In this document: in pieces, positions 1 through 9,490 of the stretch
Position numbering within the stretch: the stretch's first letter is position 1
How the letters are laid out: each line of letters begins with the position of its first letter
Origin: an uncultured Rhodospirillaceae bacterium
Lineage (GTDB): Bacteria > Pseudomonadota > Alphaproteobacteria > UBA9219
DNA: 64,000 nt
Direction of reading: 5' to 3'
NCBI GenBank assembly: GCA_964517415.1
Contig: CAZFCA010000002.1
Span: 47,288-111,287 of the forward strand
The notes under the pieces: model-generated
The model's input: only the letters and a program-made list of their open reading frames with translations
What the model was told of the DNA's origin: nothing
Database searches by the model: none
Translations under genes and position numbers: made by a program

Positions 1-846
1 CCGGCCAAACTTAATTTGTACCTTCATATTACCGGCAGAAGGCCGGACGGCTATCACGATCTGGACAGCCTAGTCGCCTTCGCGTCCATCGGCGACGAGG
101 TCGCTTTGCGGCCGGCTAAAAAATTCCGGTTCGAGATAACCGGCGATCAGGCCGCGGCATTGGAAAACGAGGACAGCGAGACAAACCTCGTTGTGAAAGC
201 CGCGCGGTCTTTGTCAGAGCTGACGGGCAAGCCGCTTGACGTTCATATCGCGCTGGTGAAAAACCTGCCCGTTGCTTCGGGAATCGGCGGCGGGTCCAGC
301 GACGCGGCTGCGGTTTTACGCGCCTTGGCGCAGCATTGGGGTTTGGACAAAAACGATCCGCGCATCGCCCGCGCCGCCGCGCTGCATGGGCAGGATGTTC
401 CCGTTTGTCTGCGCATCGAAAACACCTATATGACGGCGACGGGCGTCTTGCCGTCGGAAAAGATGCCGTTGGCGCATATCGTGCTGGTCAATCCGGGCAA
501 GGGGTTGCCAACCCCTGCCGTTTACAAGGATTTCCGTGAAAAAGGTGACGCCTTTTCGCCGCTTCGTCGGTTTGAAAAAACGCCGGAGACTGTTGAAGAA
601 TTTATTTCGGCGTTGAAGGCCAGGCGTAACGATTTATGTGCGCCTGCGCAGCGGTTGATGCCGGAGATTGCCGAGATCATCGCGGCCTTGGAGGCGTCGG
701 ACGAATGCCTTTTGGCTCGCATGTCCGGCAGCGGTGCGACGTGTTTCGGCCTTTATGCCGATGCCACGGCGGCGAAATCTATCGCTGTTCAACTTCAGGC
801 CTATCGCCCACGATGGTGGATTAAGGCCGGGGTTATAAACGATTAG
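1..846 (+). CDS. ispE: 4-diphosphocytidyl-2-C-methyl-D-erythritol kinase IspE, 5'-truncated by the window edge. The reading frame opens at base 1.
   Basis: Translation from nt 1 reads PAKLNLYLHITGRRPDGYH, matching the IspE N-terminus. The GHMP-kinase glycine-rich motif PVASGIGGGSSDAAA is present. The track ORF 16-846 begins with TTG. Confidence 0.85.
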   Translation, partial: PAKLNLYLHITGRRPDGYHDLDSLVAFASIGDEVALRPAKKFRFEITGDQAAALENEDSETNLVVKAARSLSELTGKPLDVHIALVKNLPVASGIGGGSSDAAAVLRALAQHWGLDKNDPRIARAAALHGQDVPVCLRIENTYMTATGVLPSEKMPLAHIVLVNPGKGLPTPAVYKDFREKGDAFSPLRRFEKTPETVEEFISALKARRNDLCAPAQRLMPEIAEIIAALEASDECLLARMSGSGATCFGLYADATAAKSIAVQLQAYRPRWWIKAGVIND

Positions 847-2033
847 GATTCGAGAACGGCTATGCCCGGAAGCGTTTTGCCTTCCATCCATTCAAGGAAG
901 GCGCCGCCTGCTGTGGAAACATAGCTGAGTTTTTCTATCACTCCGGCAAGCGTCAGGGCGGCTACCGTATCGCCGCCGCCCGCGACGGATAAAACGCCTT
1001 TGCCTGTCATGTCCGCCACGATGTTTGCGATGGCGATGGTCGACCGGTCGAACGGCGGAAATTCAAATGCGCCCAAGGGGCCGTTCCAGATAATTGTTTT
1101 GCATTCTTTAATTGCGGCGGCGATTTCCTCGACGGAATTCGGGCCGATATCGAGGATCATTTGATCGGCGGGTACGGCGGTTACGGGAACGGTTTGCAAT
1201 TCGATGTTCGCCTGCAATGCCGATGCGACCGACGCATCGACGGGCAAAAGGATGCGGCATCCGCGCCGATTTGCCTTTTCAGAAATCGCCCTTGCTGTTT
1301 CAAGCATATCGGCTTCGTGCAGGGACTTTCCGATGGACGCCCCCTGCGCCGCCAAAAAAGTGTTCGCCATGCCGCCGCCAAGCACGAGGACATCGACCTT
1401 TTCGACAAGGTTTTGGAGCAGATCAAGTTTTGTTGAAATCTTTGAGCCGCCGATCAAAGCGGCTACGGGACGTTTCGGGCTGCCAAGCGCGTTTTCAAGG
1501 GCTTCAAGCTCCGCCTGCAACAGCCTTCCTGCTGCATGTGGCAAAAGTTTTGCCAATGCTTCTGTCGAAGCGTGGGCGCGATGGGAGACAGAAAACGCAT
1601 CGTTGACGTAAACGTCGCTTAAAGCCGCGAGCTTGGCGGCGAAGGCGGAGTCGTTTTTTTCTTCTTCGGGATAGAAGCGGGTGTTTTCCAAAACCAAGAT
1701 GTTTCCGGAAGGGAGAGCGGCAATTGCGGCGGCGGCTTTTGGACCGATGCAGTCTTCGCAGAAGGCGACGGCGCCTCCCCACAGGTTTTCCAATTCCTTT
1801 GCGACGGGGCGAAGCGTGTATTTAAGGTCGACCTTGCCTTTTGGCCGCCCCAAATGGGAAAGAAGAACGATTTTCGCGCCTGCGTTCGCGATTTCTTTTA
1901 AGGTGGGCAAAAGCCTCGTCAATCGGGCTTTGTCTGTGACGATGCCGTCTTTCATAGGCACGTTCAGGTCGGCGCGAAGCAAAACGGTTTTATTTTTTAA
2001 AGGAATGCGGTCAAGCGTCAAGAATGCGGGCAT
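843..2033 (-). CDS. pgk: phosphoglycerate kinase
   Basis: 396 aa. The N-terminal motif RADLNVP is present, with PGK fold motifs throughout. It is convergent with ispE and overlaps it by 4 bp. Confidence 0.95.
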   Translation of the reverse strand: MPAFLTLDRIPLKNKTVLLRADLNVPMKDGIVTDKARLTRLLPTLKEIANAGAKIVLLSHLGRPKGKVDLKYTLRPVAKELENLWGGAVAFCEDCIGPKAAAAIAALPSGNILVLENTRFYPEEEKNDSAFAAKLAALSDVYVNDAFSVSHRAHASTEALAKLLPHAAGRLLQAELEALENALGSPKRPVAALIGGSKISTKLDLLQNLVEKVDVLVLGGGMANTFLAAQGASIGKSLHEADMLETARAISEKANRRGCRILLPVDASVASALQANIELQTVPVTAVPADQMILDIGPNSVEEIAAAIKECKTIIWNGPLGAFEFPPFDRSTIAIANIVADMTGKGVLSVAGGGDTVAALTLAGVIEKLSYVSTAGGAFLEWMEGKTLPGIAVLES

Positions 2034-2083
2034 GGCTCACCAAAGATCGGGTTATAAACAACATAGAAGGGAAGCGCACAATA

Positions 2084-4195
2084 TCACCCCTGTTTGTTGT
2101 CGTGAATAATGCGCGTTGCAGTCGGAAAGGGAATTTCGATGCGGGCTTCGTCAAAAAGCTGCTTAATACGAAGCAGGAAGAGCCGCTTCACGTCCCATTG
2201 CTTGCCTGGGCGGGTTTTGATCCGCGCGCGAAGAGTTATGGAAAAATCGCCCAAGGCTTCTACGCCCAAGACTTCCGCCGGCTCAAGAACGACGCGTTTG
2301 AATAAAGGATCTTCCTGAATAAGGGCGCCGGCTTTCCGTATGGTTTCAGAGGCGAGCTCTAAATTTGTATCGTACGCAACGCCGATATCGACCTGAGCGT
2401 AGGCGAAGTCCCGAGTCATGTTGGTAATTTGCGAGACTTGCCCGAAAGGAAGGATGTGAAGCGAGCCGTCCCCGTCCCTCAGGCGAATCGTGCGGATGCT
2501 TAAGGCTTCGACGGCGCCGCTGAATCTGTCAATTTTAACGGTATCGCCAACGGCGATGGCGTTTTCGGCGACGATGAAGAGTCCCGTCAGAAAATCTTTC
2601 ACAAGCGTTTGCGAGCCAAAGCCGATGGCCACGCCGACAACGCCTGCGCCGGCGAGCAAGGGGGCGATATTGAATCCCATGGCCGAAAGGCTCATTAGTA
2701 TCGCGACGCCCGAAAACAGAATAAATATGGAATTCCGGAGCATAGGCAGCAGCGTCCGCGCGCGCGCGGACGCCACCGGCTTTTTGCTGTAGGAATCCGT
2801 TTTGTTTAGATGGCGTGCAATCCATGCGCTGAGGGCTTCGTATAAAAGGGTCAGGACAAGGAGCGTGACAGTAATCGATATAAGAGCGCTGAGAACGCGC
2901 TGTCCTAAAGGCGCCGCAAAAAAACCAGCCAGATTGAAGCCCCAGACCTCGGCCATGGCGAAAAAGGTCGCGATCCATATAATAGGCCGGAACAAAAAGG
3001 ATAAAACCTGACGATGCGTCAGCGAGGCATCGCCGCCCTGAGCCTTCCATTTTTCAAGGGCGATGAATCCGAGGCGGGCGGCGAAAAGCAAAAACACGCT
3101 GAAAATCGTTCCCCGCAGCATCAGCGCAAGCCCGTTTTCGACACGCAGGAGCGTGATGATGAAAAAGATGACGAGATAGCCGGTTGCGAAATTATGCCAG
3201 TTTCGCGCAAGCCTGTTGCGCAAGACGTGGCCGACCTTTGCTTGATCTTTTTCTTCCGGCGAGCCTTGAAGAATGGCCGCGATTTTCGCGCGCGAGCGGA
3301 AGATAACGATCACGGCCATTACCGTCAGGACCAAGGCGAAGAAATTCTGGAAGATCGCGATGGAACTCGACGGCAAGCGCAAGACGGTCGCCACATCGAT
3401 TAAAAAATAGCTATAAACGATGATGAAGCAGAACGCGCTGAGCCAACGGTACGCCGAGACCGCTTGTTTCGTGGGAAGAGGGAACAACCTGAGGTGCGCC
3501 GTCGTCGGCGCAAAAGCGAAGCGCAGCACCTGCTGGATAAGATATCCGAGAGAGACCGCGTAAATGACGTTCAGGATAACGAAGCGCGGAAGCCTGAGCA
3601 CTTCGTTCTGCTCCAACAGGAAAAGGGATCCGCCCAAGAAAATCAAAACCGGGATAAGCCGCAAAAACAGAAGGCCGATAAGAAGATTAAGCCGTCCCGC
3701 TGCCGATTTCGGTTTGTTCCGCTTGATGTTCATGCGCAACGGAATAAGGAAGAGAAGCGCGGCTAGCCCAAACAGCAGGGGTGTGCCGACGATGATGAGC
3801 AGGTCATGCCCGATGGCGTTCCATAAAGCGATGCGGTGGGAGTCCTTTTGCCGATTCACCCAATCCGTGAAGTCTTTGCCTGCCGTCGCATAATCGGCCA
3901 AGGGGGCGCCAGCTTGTTTTGTTTTTTCGATAACTTTCGCAAAGGTATTTAAGAGGCCGGTGGCGAAAGTATCCGATATCTGTTCCTCATTTTCTGCCGG
4001 AGGCGCGGCGGATTCCACAAGCGTTTGCAGCGTTTGCCCAAGCTGCGTTGCCAGCGGCGCCATGGGAATAGTCGGCGCGGGTTTGGGCTCGGCCGGCGCG
4101 GGCGTTTGCTGCGCGAGCGCGGGCAAAGAGACGGCCAGCAAAGCCGCAAGGACAAGCAACATTCGGGGCAAGCGCATATTTTTCATCGTATCCAA
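2084..4195 (-). CDS. mechanosensitive ion channel, MscS family (MscK/KefA-like), with a large N-terminal domain
   Basis: 703 aa with a signal peptide. There are multiple TM helices. The C-terminal MscS beta-domain reads LVKDFLTGLFIVAENAIAVGDTVKI...TIRLRDGDGSLHILPFGQ. Confidence 0.8.
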   Translation of the reverse strand: MDTMKNMRLPRMLLVLAALLAVSLPALAQQTPAPAEPKPAPTIPMAPLATQLGQTLQTLVESAAPPAENEEQISDTFATGLLNTFAKVIEKTKQAGAPLADYATAGKDFTDWVNRQKDSHRIALWNAIGHDLLIIVGTPLLFGLAALLFLIPLRMNIKRNKPKSAAGRLNLLIGLLFLRLIPVLIFLGGSLFLLEQNEVLRLPRFVILNVIYAVSLGYLIQQVLRFAFAPTTAHLRLFPLPTKQAVSAYRWLSAFCFIIVYSYFLIDVATVLRLPSSSIAIFQNFFALVLTVMAVIVIFRSRAKIAAILQGSPEEKDQAKVGHVLRNRLARNWHNFATGYLVIFFIITLLRVENGLALMLRGTIFSVFLLFAARLGFIALEKWKAQGGDASLTHRQVLSFLFRPIIWIATFFAMAEVWGFNLAGFFAAPLGQRVLSALISITVTLLVLTLLYEALSAWIARHLNKTDSYSKKPVASARARTLLPMLRNSIFILFSGVAILMSLSAMGFNIAPLLAGAGVVGVAIGFGSQTLVKDFLTGLFIVAENAIAVGDTVKIDRFSGAVEALSIRTIRLRDGDGSLHILPFGQVSQITNMTRDFAYAQVDIGVAYDTNLELASETIRKAGALIQEDPLFKRVVLEPAEVLGVEALGDFSITLRARIKTRPGKQWDVKRLFLLRIKQLFDEARIEIPFPTATRIIHDNKQG

Positions 4196-4201
4196 AGGCG
4201 T

Positions 4202-4996
4202 TTAGAGAAAATGATAGGACAAGCCGACACGCAAGGCGGTTTCGTTCGTGCCGCTTGATGGTTCGAAAGAGCCTTTGACAAGGCCGCTTTTTACATAGCG
4301 AAAGTGATTAAAATCCATCGACGTGAGGATTTCAAGGCGCGGCGTAATCCCAAAGCCTGCTTTGGCGCCTGCTTTATACACCGCCGCGCTGCCAAGATTA
4401 AAGGTATCGCCGTCCGTTTTCATGCGGCCGCCGAATGTGCCTCCGCTCGCGCCATAGAGCGATAGGACAAGCCGGTCGACCGGGGAGACCTGCACAAGCG
4501 CGCCGGCAAGCGCTTCAAAATGGTGGTAGCGTTCTATTTGGTCTGCCTGAAGCTCCCGCCGCCAAAAGCGGTAACCCAGGTCGACATAAGGGGTCAATAA
4601 AAGTGAATGGCTTAAGACGAAGGCTAGGCCGACCTTGCCTGCGACCGAGGCTATGGTTTGATGCGTCGTCGCCTGAATAGGAACGGAGGGGCTGCTTTGG
4701 TAGGAGCCATGATAAACATCATTGCCGTCCGAAAGGGAACCGTCGGCGGCGAGGTAGAGGCCGTTTTGCCCTATGTATCCAGCCCCTGCGCTGAAAGACG
4801 GAAGCCAGCCGTGCTGGCTGTTGGGCAGGGGCGTGACCGATTCTTTATAGTTCAGAAGCGATGCGCCTCCCGCAGCCCAAGCAGCGTTATTGGAGGCGTA
4901 AATGGATGAAATGTCGGCCGTGGCGGCGCGAGGCAGGGCAAGCAAACAGAAAACGAGGCCGACCAGCCCAAAACGGGGCTTCAGAACAGGAAGCAT
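4202..4996 (-). CDS. outer-membrane beta-barrel protein (MipA/OmpV-like?)
   Basis: 264 aa. It has an N-terminal signal peptide. Alternating amphipathic strands are Gly/Tyr rich. The C-terminus ends in the aromatic stretch SYHFL. Confidence 0.5.
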   Translation of the reverse strand: MLPVLKPRFGLVGLVFCLLALPRAATADISSIYASNNAAWAAGGASLLNYKESVTPLPNSQHGWLPSFSAGAGYIGQNGLYLAADGSLSDGNDVYHGSYQSSPSVPIQATTHQTIASVAGKVGLAFVLSHSLLLTPYVDLGYRFWRRELQADQIERYHHFEALAGALVQVSPVDRLVLSLYGASGGTFGGRMKTDGDTFNLGSAAVYKAGAKAGFGITPRLEILTSMDFNHFRYVKSGLVKGSFEPSSGTNETALRVGLSYHFL

Positions 4997-5020
4997 GCGA
5001 TTCTCCCTTTGATCGATTCT

Positions 5021-5428
5021 TTAGTTTCCGACTGTGCGCCAAGAACCGTCGGGTTGCAAGCAGGCGGTGCCGCTGAGGGGAGAGCCATTAACTGTGGCTT
5101 TAAAGGTGCGGCAGGTGCGACCCCTGCTGTCCTGAAACGGCTCTGACGCCGATGTTGCCGGAAGCGGCTGCGATGCTGGTTGACTAAGGATTACCGGCGG
5201 TAGAACGGTTGTGATCGGGGGCAGGGGAACAAGTCCGGTGTAGACAATGGTTGAGGGTGCTTCGTAAGCGCCTGCGCCAAATCCGTAAATACTGGAGCCG
5301 TAATACGGCGCGAAATAAGGGCCGCAGCAGAAACCGAAGCTAAAAAAGCCGCCATGATGATGCGCATGCGCGGGCAAAGCCGAAAGACACAAAAAAATTG
5401 CGAAAAGACCTGAAAAAATACGAGACAT
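5021..5428 (-). CDS. small secreted protein (His/Gly-rich N-terminal region, Cys-pair C-terminal domain)
   Basis: The start was re-derived to the ATG at 5428, which is preceded by AAAAGGAGG. The signal peptide is MSRIFSGLFAIFLCLSALPAHA. The C-terminal motif CRTF...G...GTACLQPDGSWR resembles alphaproteobacterial 17-kDa-antigen-like surface proteins. Confidence 0.45.
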   Translation of the reverse strand: MSRIFSGLFAIFLCLSALPAHAHHHGGFFSFGFCCGPYFAPYYGSSIYGFGAGAYEAPSTIVYTGLVPLPPITTVLPPVILSQPASQPLPATSASEPFQDSRGRTCRTFKATVNGSPLSGTACLQPDGSWRTVGN

Positions 5429-6197
5429 GGCGCGCCTCCTTTTAAGTATGCCGAAATGAAATCTAAAGCCGCCCATCGGTTAAGGCAAGTCTATGTCAAA
5501 ATCAGGGCATATGCAAAGCGCGCGCGGGGCCTATGGTTAATATTGGGGCTTATACTAACCCATGCTGCCATTTCATGCTGCCGCGGGTTTAAAGGCGCTT
5601 GCTTTATCGCTTTTCTTGCGCATACCGGAGCCTTCTGATTTTTTTTCTACAGAGAGCCGAGTTCTTTGCGAGGCTGCTATGAGGGAAGCCAAAACGTGCG
5701 GGCAGTTGTTTCGGCTTGACCATAAGAGAATGCGCACGTTGCTATCCTCCAAACTGATGTAATCGGGTAACAGAGAAAAAAAATACAAGGAAAGCAAAAA
5801 AATTTGTTGAATCTTTAGATTTTTCGATTACATCGTGCTTTTACGGAAGCGCACGTGCCACTGGCCCAAGGACGATTAGGCATACCACCTTTTTCGTTCC
5901 CCACTGGTTTATGTAACGACGCTTTGCCGCCCGCCGGACTCCTGAAGGGGAATGACGGGATTGTGGTATGCAGCAAAGAGGTTTTTTCGAATCGTACATC
6001 TTGGCATTGGGCTCTGAACAACGGTTCGATAATTTTGGTCTTGGTTGCGAGGCAAAGGGAGAAAAAGGGTCGGCGTCAACGCCTTGCGCGTTGGTGTGCA
6101 TGCGAGGCGCTGCCTTGGCATTCTTCCGTATCCTTTTTCAGCGATGATTTTAGGCCTCGTTCCATAGCCGGCTTTTTGCTGTTGGCAAAACTAACCT

Positions 6198-7511
6198 ATG
6201 GGGCTGGCTATGACTTACAAGCAAACCGTTTCCAAAACCGACCTTTTCCTTGGTGCGCCGCGTTTTTCGCAGGCGAAAGAGGCTGCGTCTTCGCCTGAAT
6301 TGCTTCAATTTGGGAGCGTTGACGCCATGATCAAAGGGCTGCGTCCCACGCAATCCATCCATTGCATGCATCCCGAAAAATTGCACGAAGCCGCGCGCCT
6401 ATTTATCGAAAATTTTCACGGGCACTCGCTTTATGCCGTTAAATCCAACCCGGACCCATACGTTCTTAAGAAGCTGAACGAAGCCGGCATCAACCACTTT
6501 GACGTGGCCTCTTTGGGCGAGATCAAGCTGGTGCGCGATCTTTTTCCGCGCGCGCATTTAGCCTTCCTTAATCCCGTCAAAAGCCGCGAAGCCATTCGCG
6601 CGGCTTACTTTGACTATGGCGTTCGCGATTTCGTCATTGATACGCAAGAGGAGCTTGAAAAAATTCTTGTCGAGACGGATTTTGCCAAGGATCTTCTCAT
6701 CCTCGTGCGCATTGCCATGCCGAAAGGCAGCGCGGCTTGCCAACTGACGGGCAAATTCGGATGTACGCCCGGCGCGGCCGTTGCGCTTTTGCGCGCGGCG
6801 GACGCCGTGGCGAAAAAGGTTGGTATTTCATTTCATGTCGGCTCCCAGACGCTTGATCCCAACTCATACAGGGACGCCATTCAGAAGTGCGCGGATGTTC
6901 TGTCGAACTCCGGCGTCAAGCTGAGTGTCTTGGACGTCGGCGGCGGTTTTCCCATTCAGGGGCTTGGCATGGATATTCTGCCCCTGACAGCTTATTTTGC
7001 CGTCATCAAAGAGGAAATCGCCCGTCTTAAGCTCCCGAAGAGTTGCGAGATTTGGGCGGAGCCCGGGCGCGCGCTGTCCGGCAATTGCTCGACGCTGGTC
7101 GTGCGGGTCGAGCTGCGCAAGGGCGATCTTCTTTATATTAACGACGGCAGCTTCGGGAATATGTTCGAAGTTTGCTCCATGGCATGGAAGAATAAAGTCA
7201 CGCTTTCGCGCCCCCCGAAAAGCCAGAAGCCGCCCAGCAAGAAACTGGTTCCTTTCCGGTTTTACGGGCCTACTTGCGATTCGGTCGATTATATGCCCGG
7301 GCCTTTTATGCTGCCTTGCGATGCTGGCGAGGGCGATTGGATCGCTTTGGAAGGCATGGGCGCCTATATGGCCGCTTCGCAATCCCGCTTTAACGGGTTT
7401 TACTCCGACATGAAGGTCGAAATCATCCCCGGGCTTTGCGCTGTGAAAGGCAGGGGATTTGGCGCGTCGAAGAAGAAAGTGGTGGAAATTGCCGACTTCT
7501 TTCGTGCGTAA
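6198..7511 (+). CDS. ornithine/lysine decarboxylase, alanine-racemase-fold (group IV) PLP-dependent decarboxylase
   Basis: 437 aa. The PLP-lysine motif YAVKSNPDP is present. Fold-type III decarboxylase motifs include GGGFP and a C-terminal beta-domain. Confidence 0.8.
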   Translation: MGLAMTYKQTVSKTDLFLGAPRFSQAKEAASSPELLQFGSVDAMIKGLRPTQSIHCMHPEKLHEAARLFIENFHGHSLYAVKSNPDPYVLKKLNEAGINHFDVASLGEIKLVRDLFPRAHLAFLNPVKSREAIRAAYFDYGVRDFVIDTQEELEKILVETDFAKDLLILVRIAMPKGSAACQLTGKFGCTPGAAVALLRAADAVAKKVGISFHVGSQTLDPNSYRDAIQKCADVLSNSGVKLSVLDVGGGFPIQGLGMDILPLTAYFAVIKEEIARLKLPKSCEIWAEPGRALSGNCSTLVVRVELRKGDLLYINDGSFGNMFEVCSMAWKNKVTLSRPPKSQKPPSKKLVPFRFYGPTCDSVDYMPGPFMLPCDAGEGDWIALEGMGAYMAASQSRFNGFYSDMKVEIIPGLCAVKGRGFGASKKKVVEIADFFRA

Positions 7512-7517
7512 TCCGGG

Positions 7518-8390
7518 TTGCGCGCGCTAAATCTTATGCACATAGAAAAAGGATATCTTCGACACTTCGTCGCGTGCAACGCGCACGATCCGAGCGGCTT
7601 TGCGCCCTTTTGCATCGACGGCAGGGTTTACGGCAGGATTAAAAAAAACATTATCGATATCCTTGCCGAGCAAACGCCGTATTATGTTCGCGAAGCCGAG
7701 GGCGTCGCGCTTAGGTGCGATATCGAAGGTTTCGAAGCTCGAAGCGAGGCGCTTCAAAACACGGCGAGGCTTCTTCAGAAGCGCTATGGCAAAACCTTCT
7801 ACAATGAAATGTACGGGATTGTTGAAAACTGGGGCGATGCTCCCCTTGCGCAGATAGATCGCGCCGCCGTTCCGTGGTTCGGCGCGCGCGCTTGGGGCGT
7901 TCACGTCAACGGCTTTGTGCGCCGAAACGGGGGGCTTTTCTTGTGGATCGGCAAGCGTTCCGCTGATCGATCCTCTTATGCTGGCCAGTTGGACAATATG
8001 ATCGGCGGCGGCCAGCCCATCAGCTTGACGCTTGAGCAAAATCTTTGCAAGGAAGCGAAGGAGGAGGCGGGAGTAGATGAGGCGCTTGCGTTGACCGCCC
8101 GCCCTGAGGGCAGCATAAGCTATACCTTCGAGCGTTCCGACGGTCTACGCGTGGATACGTTGTTCGTTTACGATCTTGAACTGCCCTCGGACTTTGTTCC
8201 GCGTAATACGGACGGCGAGGTGGAATCCTTCGTCCTGATGCCCGCGGAGGAGGTCGCCGCGCTGATAAGGGATACAAATCGTTTTAAATTCAATTGCAAT
8301 ATGGTTATTACGGATTTTATGATGCGGCATGGCTATGTGACGCCCGAGGACGGAGAATATGCCGCTCTGCGGCAATGGCTGAGAAAATGA
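7518..8390 (+). CDS. NUDIX hydrolase with an N-terminal extension
   Basis: The Nudix box reads GQLDNMIGGGQPISLTLEQNLCKEAKEEAG, matching GX5EX7REUXEEXGU. Confidence 0.75.
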   Translation: MRALNLMHIEKGYLRHFVACNAHDPSGFAPFCIDGRVYGRIKKNIIDILAEQTPYYVREAEGVALRCDIEGFEARSEALQNTARLLQKRYGKTFYNEMYGIVENWGDAPLAQIDRAAVPWFGARAWGVHVNGFVRRNGGLFLWIGKRSADRSSYAGQLDNMIGGGQPISLTLEQNLCKEAKEEAGVDEALALTARPEGSISYTFERSDGLRVDTLFVYDLELPSDFVPRNTDGEVESFVLMPAEEVAALIRDTNRFKFNCNMVITDFMMRHGYVTPEDGEYAALRQWLRK

Positions 8391-8541
8391 ATTGGTGGGC
8401 AACGGAAGGAGTTGAGGTGAGGATGCTTCCATCAATGCCAGTATGCACAGTTTCCGCCGACCTGTCCCCTAACCCCTTCCGCAGGGGCGGGGGAATAGAT
8501 CGCTTGAGTTTTGATCCCAACTCTTTATTCGCGAGGCGTAG

Positions 8542-9423
8542 ATGAAGGAAGTGGAAAGCGAGCCACGGACTTCCGAAGAAACAATCGATGATTACCTGCG
8601 GCTTCTGGAGCATCCCGTGAAGTTGCCGGATGTCGGAAGCGGAAAGGTTTCGGCCAAACTGCCTTTACGGGACTCATCGAAAAACGCTGTTCTTCTTTTT
8701 ATGCCCCATCCCGATGACGAGTGTTTGATGGGCGGCTTGGCTTTGCGGCTTTTAAGAGAAAAGAATTGGCAAGTCATCACTATTGCTTTGACCCTCGGCA
8801 GCAACGCCAAGCGGAAAGAGGCGCGCAAGGACGAGCTTTGGAGAGCGAGTAGCGCGCTCGGCTTTGACTGCGCTTTGCCGGAAGAGGACGGCTTTTCAGA
8901 TGTCGCCGTCACGTTCAGGGATTCCGAGCCCAGGGCTTGGCGAAAAAAAACGGCGCGCGTCGCTGAAATCATAGAGCGGTTACAGCCGCAAGCGGTGTTT
9001 TTGCCCCATGCCTCGGACTGGCACCAAACGCATGTCGGCGCGCATGCGCTTGTGATGGACGCGCTGAGGGAAATGCCGCGGGATTTCTTTTCATTCGTCG
9101 TGCAAACCGAATACTGGCAGCCCATGGCCGATCCAGATCTGATGGTCGGGCTTGCGCCCCGCGATGCCGCATTATTGATGGCGGCTTTGGCTTGCCATGC
9201 GGGAGAAGTCGCGCGGAATCCCTATGACCGGCGGTTTCCCGCTTATTTGATCGACAATGCAAGACGCGGCTCTGAAAAATTACAGGGACAGGGTGCCTCA
9301 TCGCAGGCGCCGCGCTTGGCCATGCTTTACAAAACGGGTGTTTGGAGGGGAGGCAAGTTTTCGGCTTCCGCGTTGAATAAGATTCTTTATGCGGAAGATT
9401 CCTTGGGGGACTTGTTGCAATAG
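8542..9423 (+). CDS. PIG-L/LmbE family N-acetylglucosaminyl deacetylase
   Basis: The PHPDDE motif (LLFMPHPDDECLMGG) and downstream His/Asp residues are typical of PIG-L/LmbE/MshB/BshB-type deacetylases. Confidence 0.75.
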   Translation: MKEVESEPRTSEETIDDYLRLLEHPVKLPDVGSGKVSAKLPLRDSSKNAVLLFMPHPDDECLMGGLALRLLREKNWQVITIALTLGSNAKRKEARKDELWRASSALGFDCALPEEDGFSDVAVTFRDSEPRAWRKKTARVAEIIERLQPQAVFLPHASDWHQTHVGAHALVMDALREMPRDFFSFVVQTEYWQPMADPDLMVGLAPRDAALLMAALACHAGEVARNPYDRRFPAYLIDNARRGSEKLQGQGASSQAPRLAMLYKTGVWRGGKFSASALNKILYAEDSLGDLLQ

Positions 9424-9490
9424 GGCCTAGAATGTCGGGCGGCGGAAAATAACCCTTGACTGCGATTCCCGCGGCTATTCATATAACGGC

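Noticed and set aside
5480-6197. A 720-bp gap between the secreted-protein gene and the decarboxylase gene has no ORF, and was considered as a small-RNA locus.
   Set aside because: No terminator hairpin, conserved box or repeat could be discerned by eye. The several small ORFs the track places here (60-147 aa) lack RBS and motifs. The gap is probably just divergent promoter space, but RNA-seq would be needed to decide.
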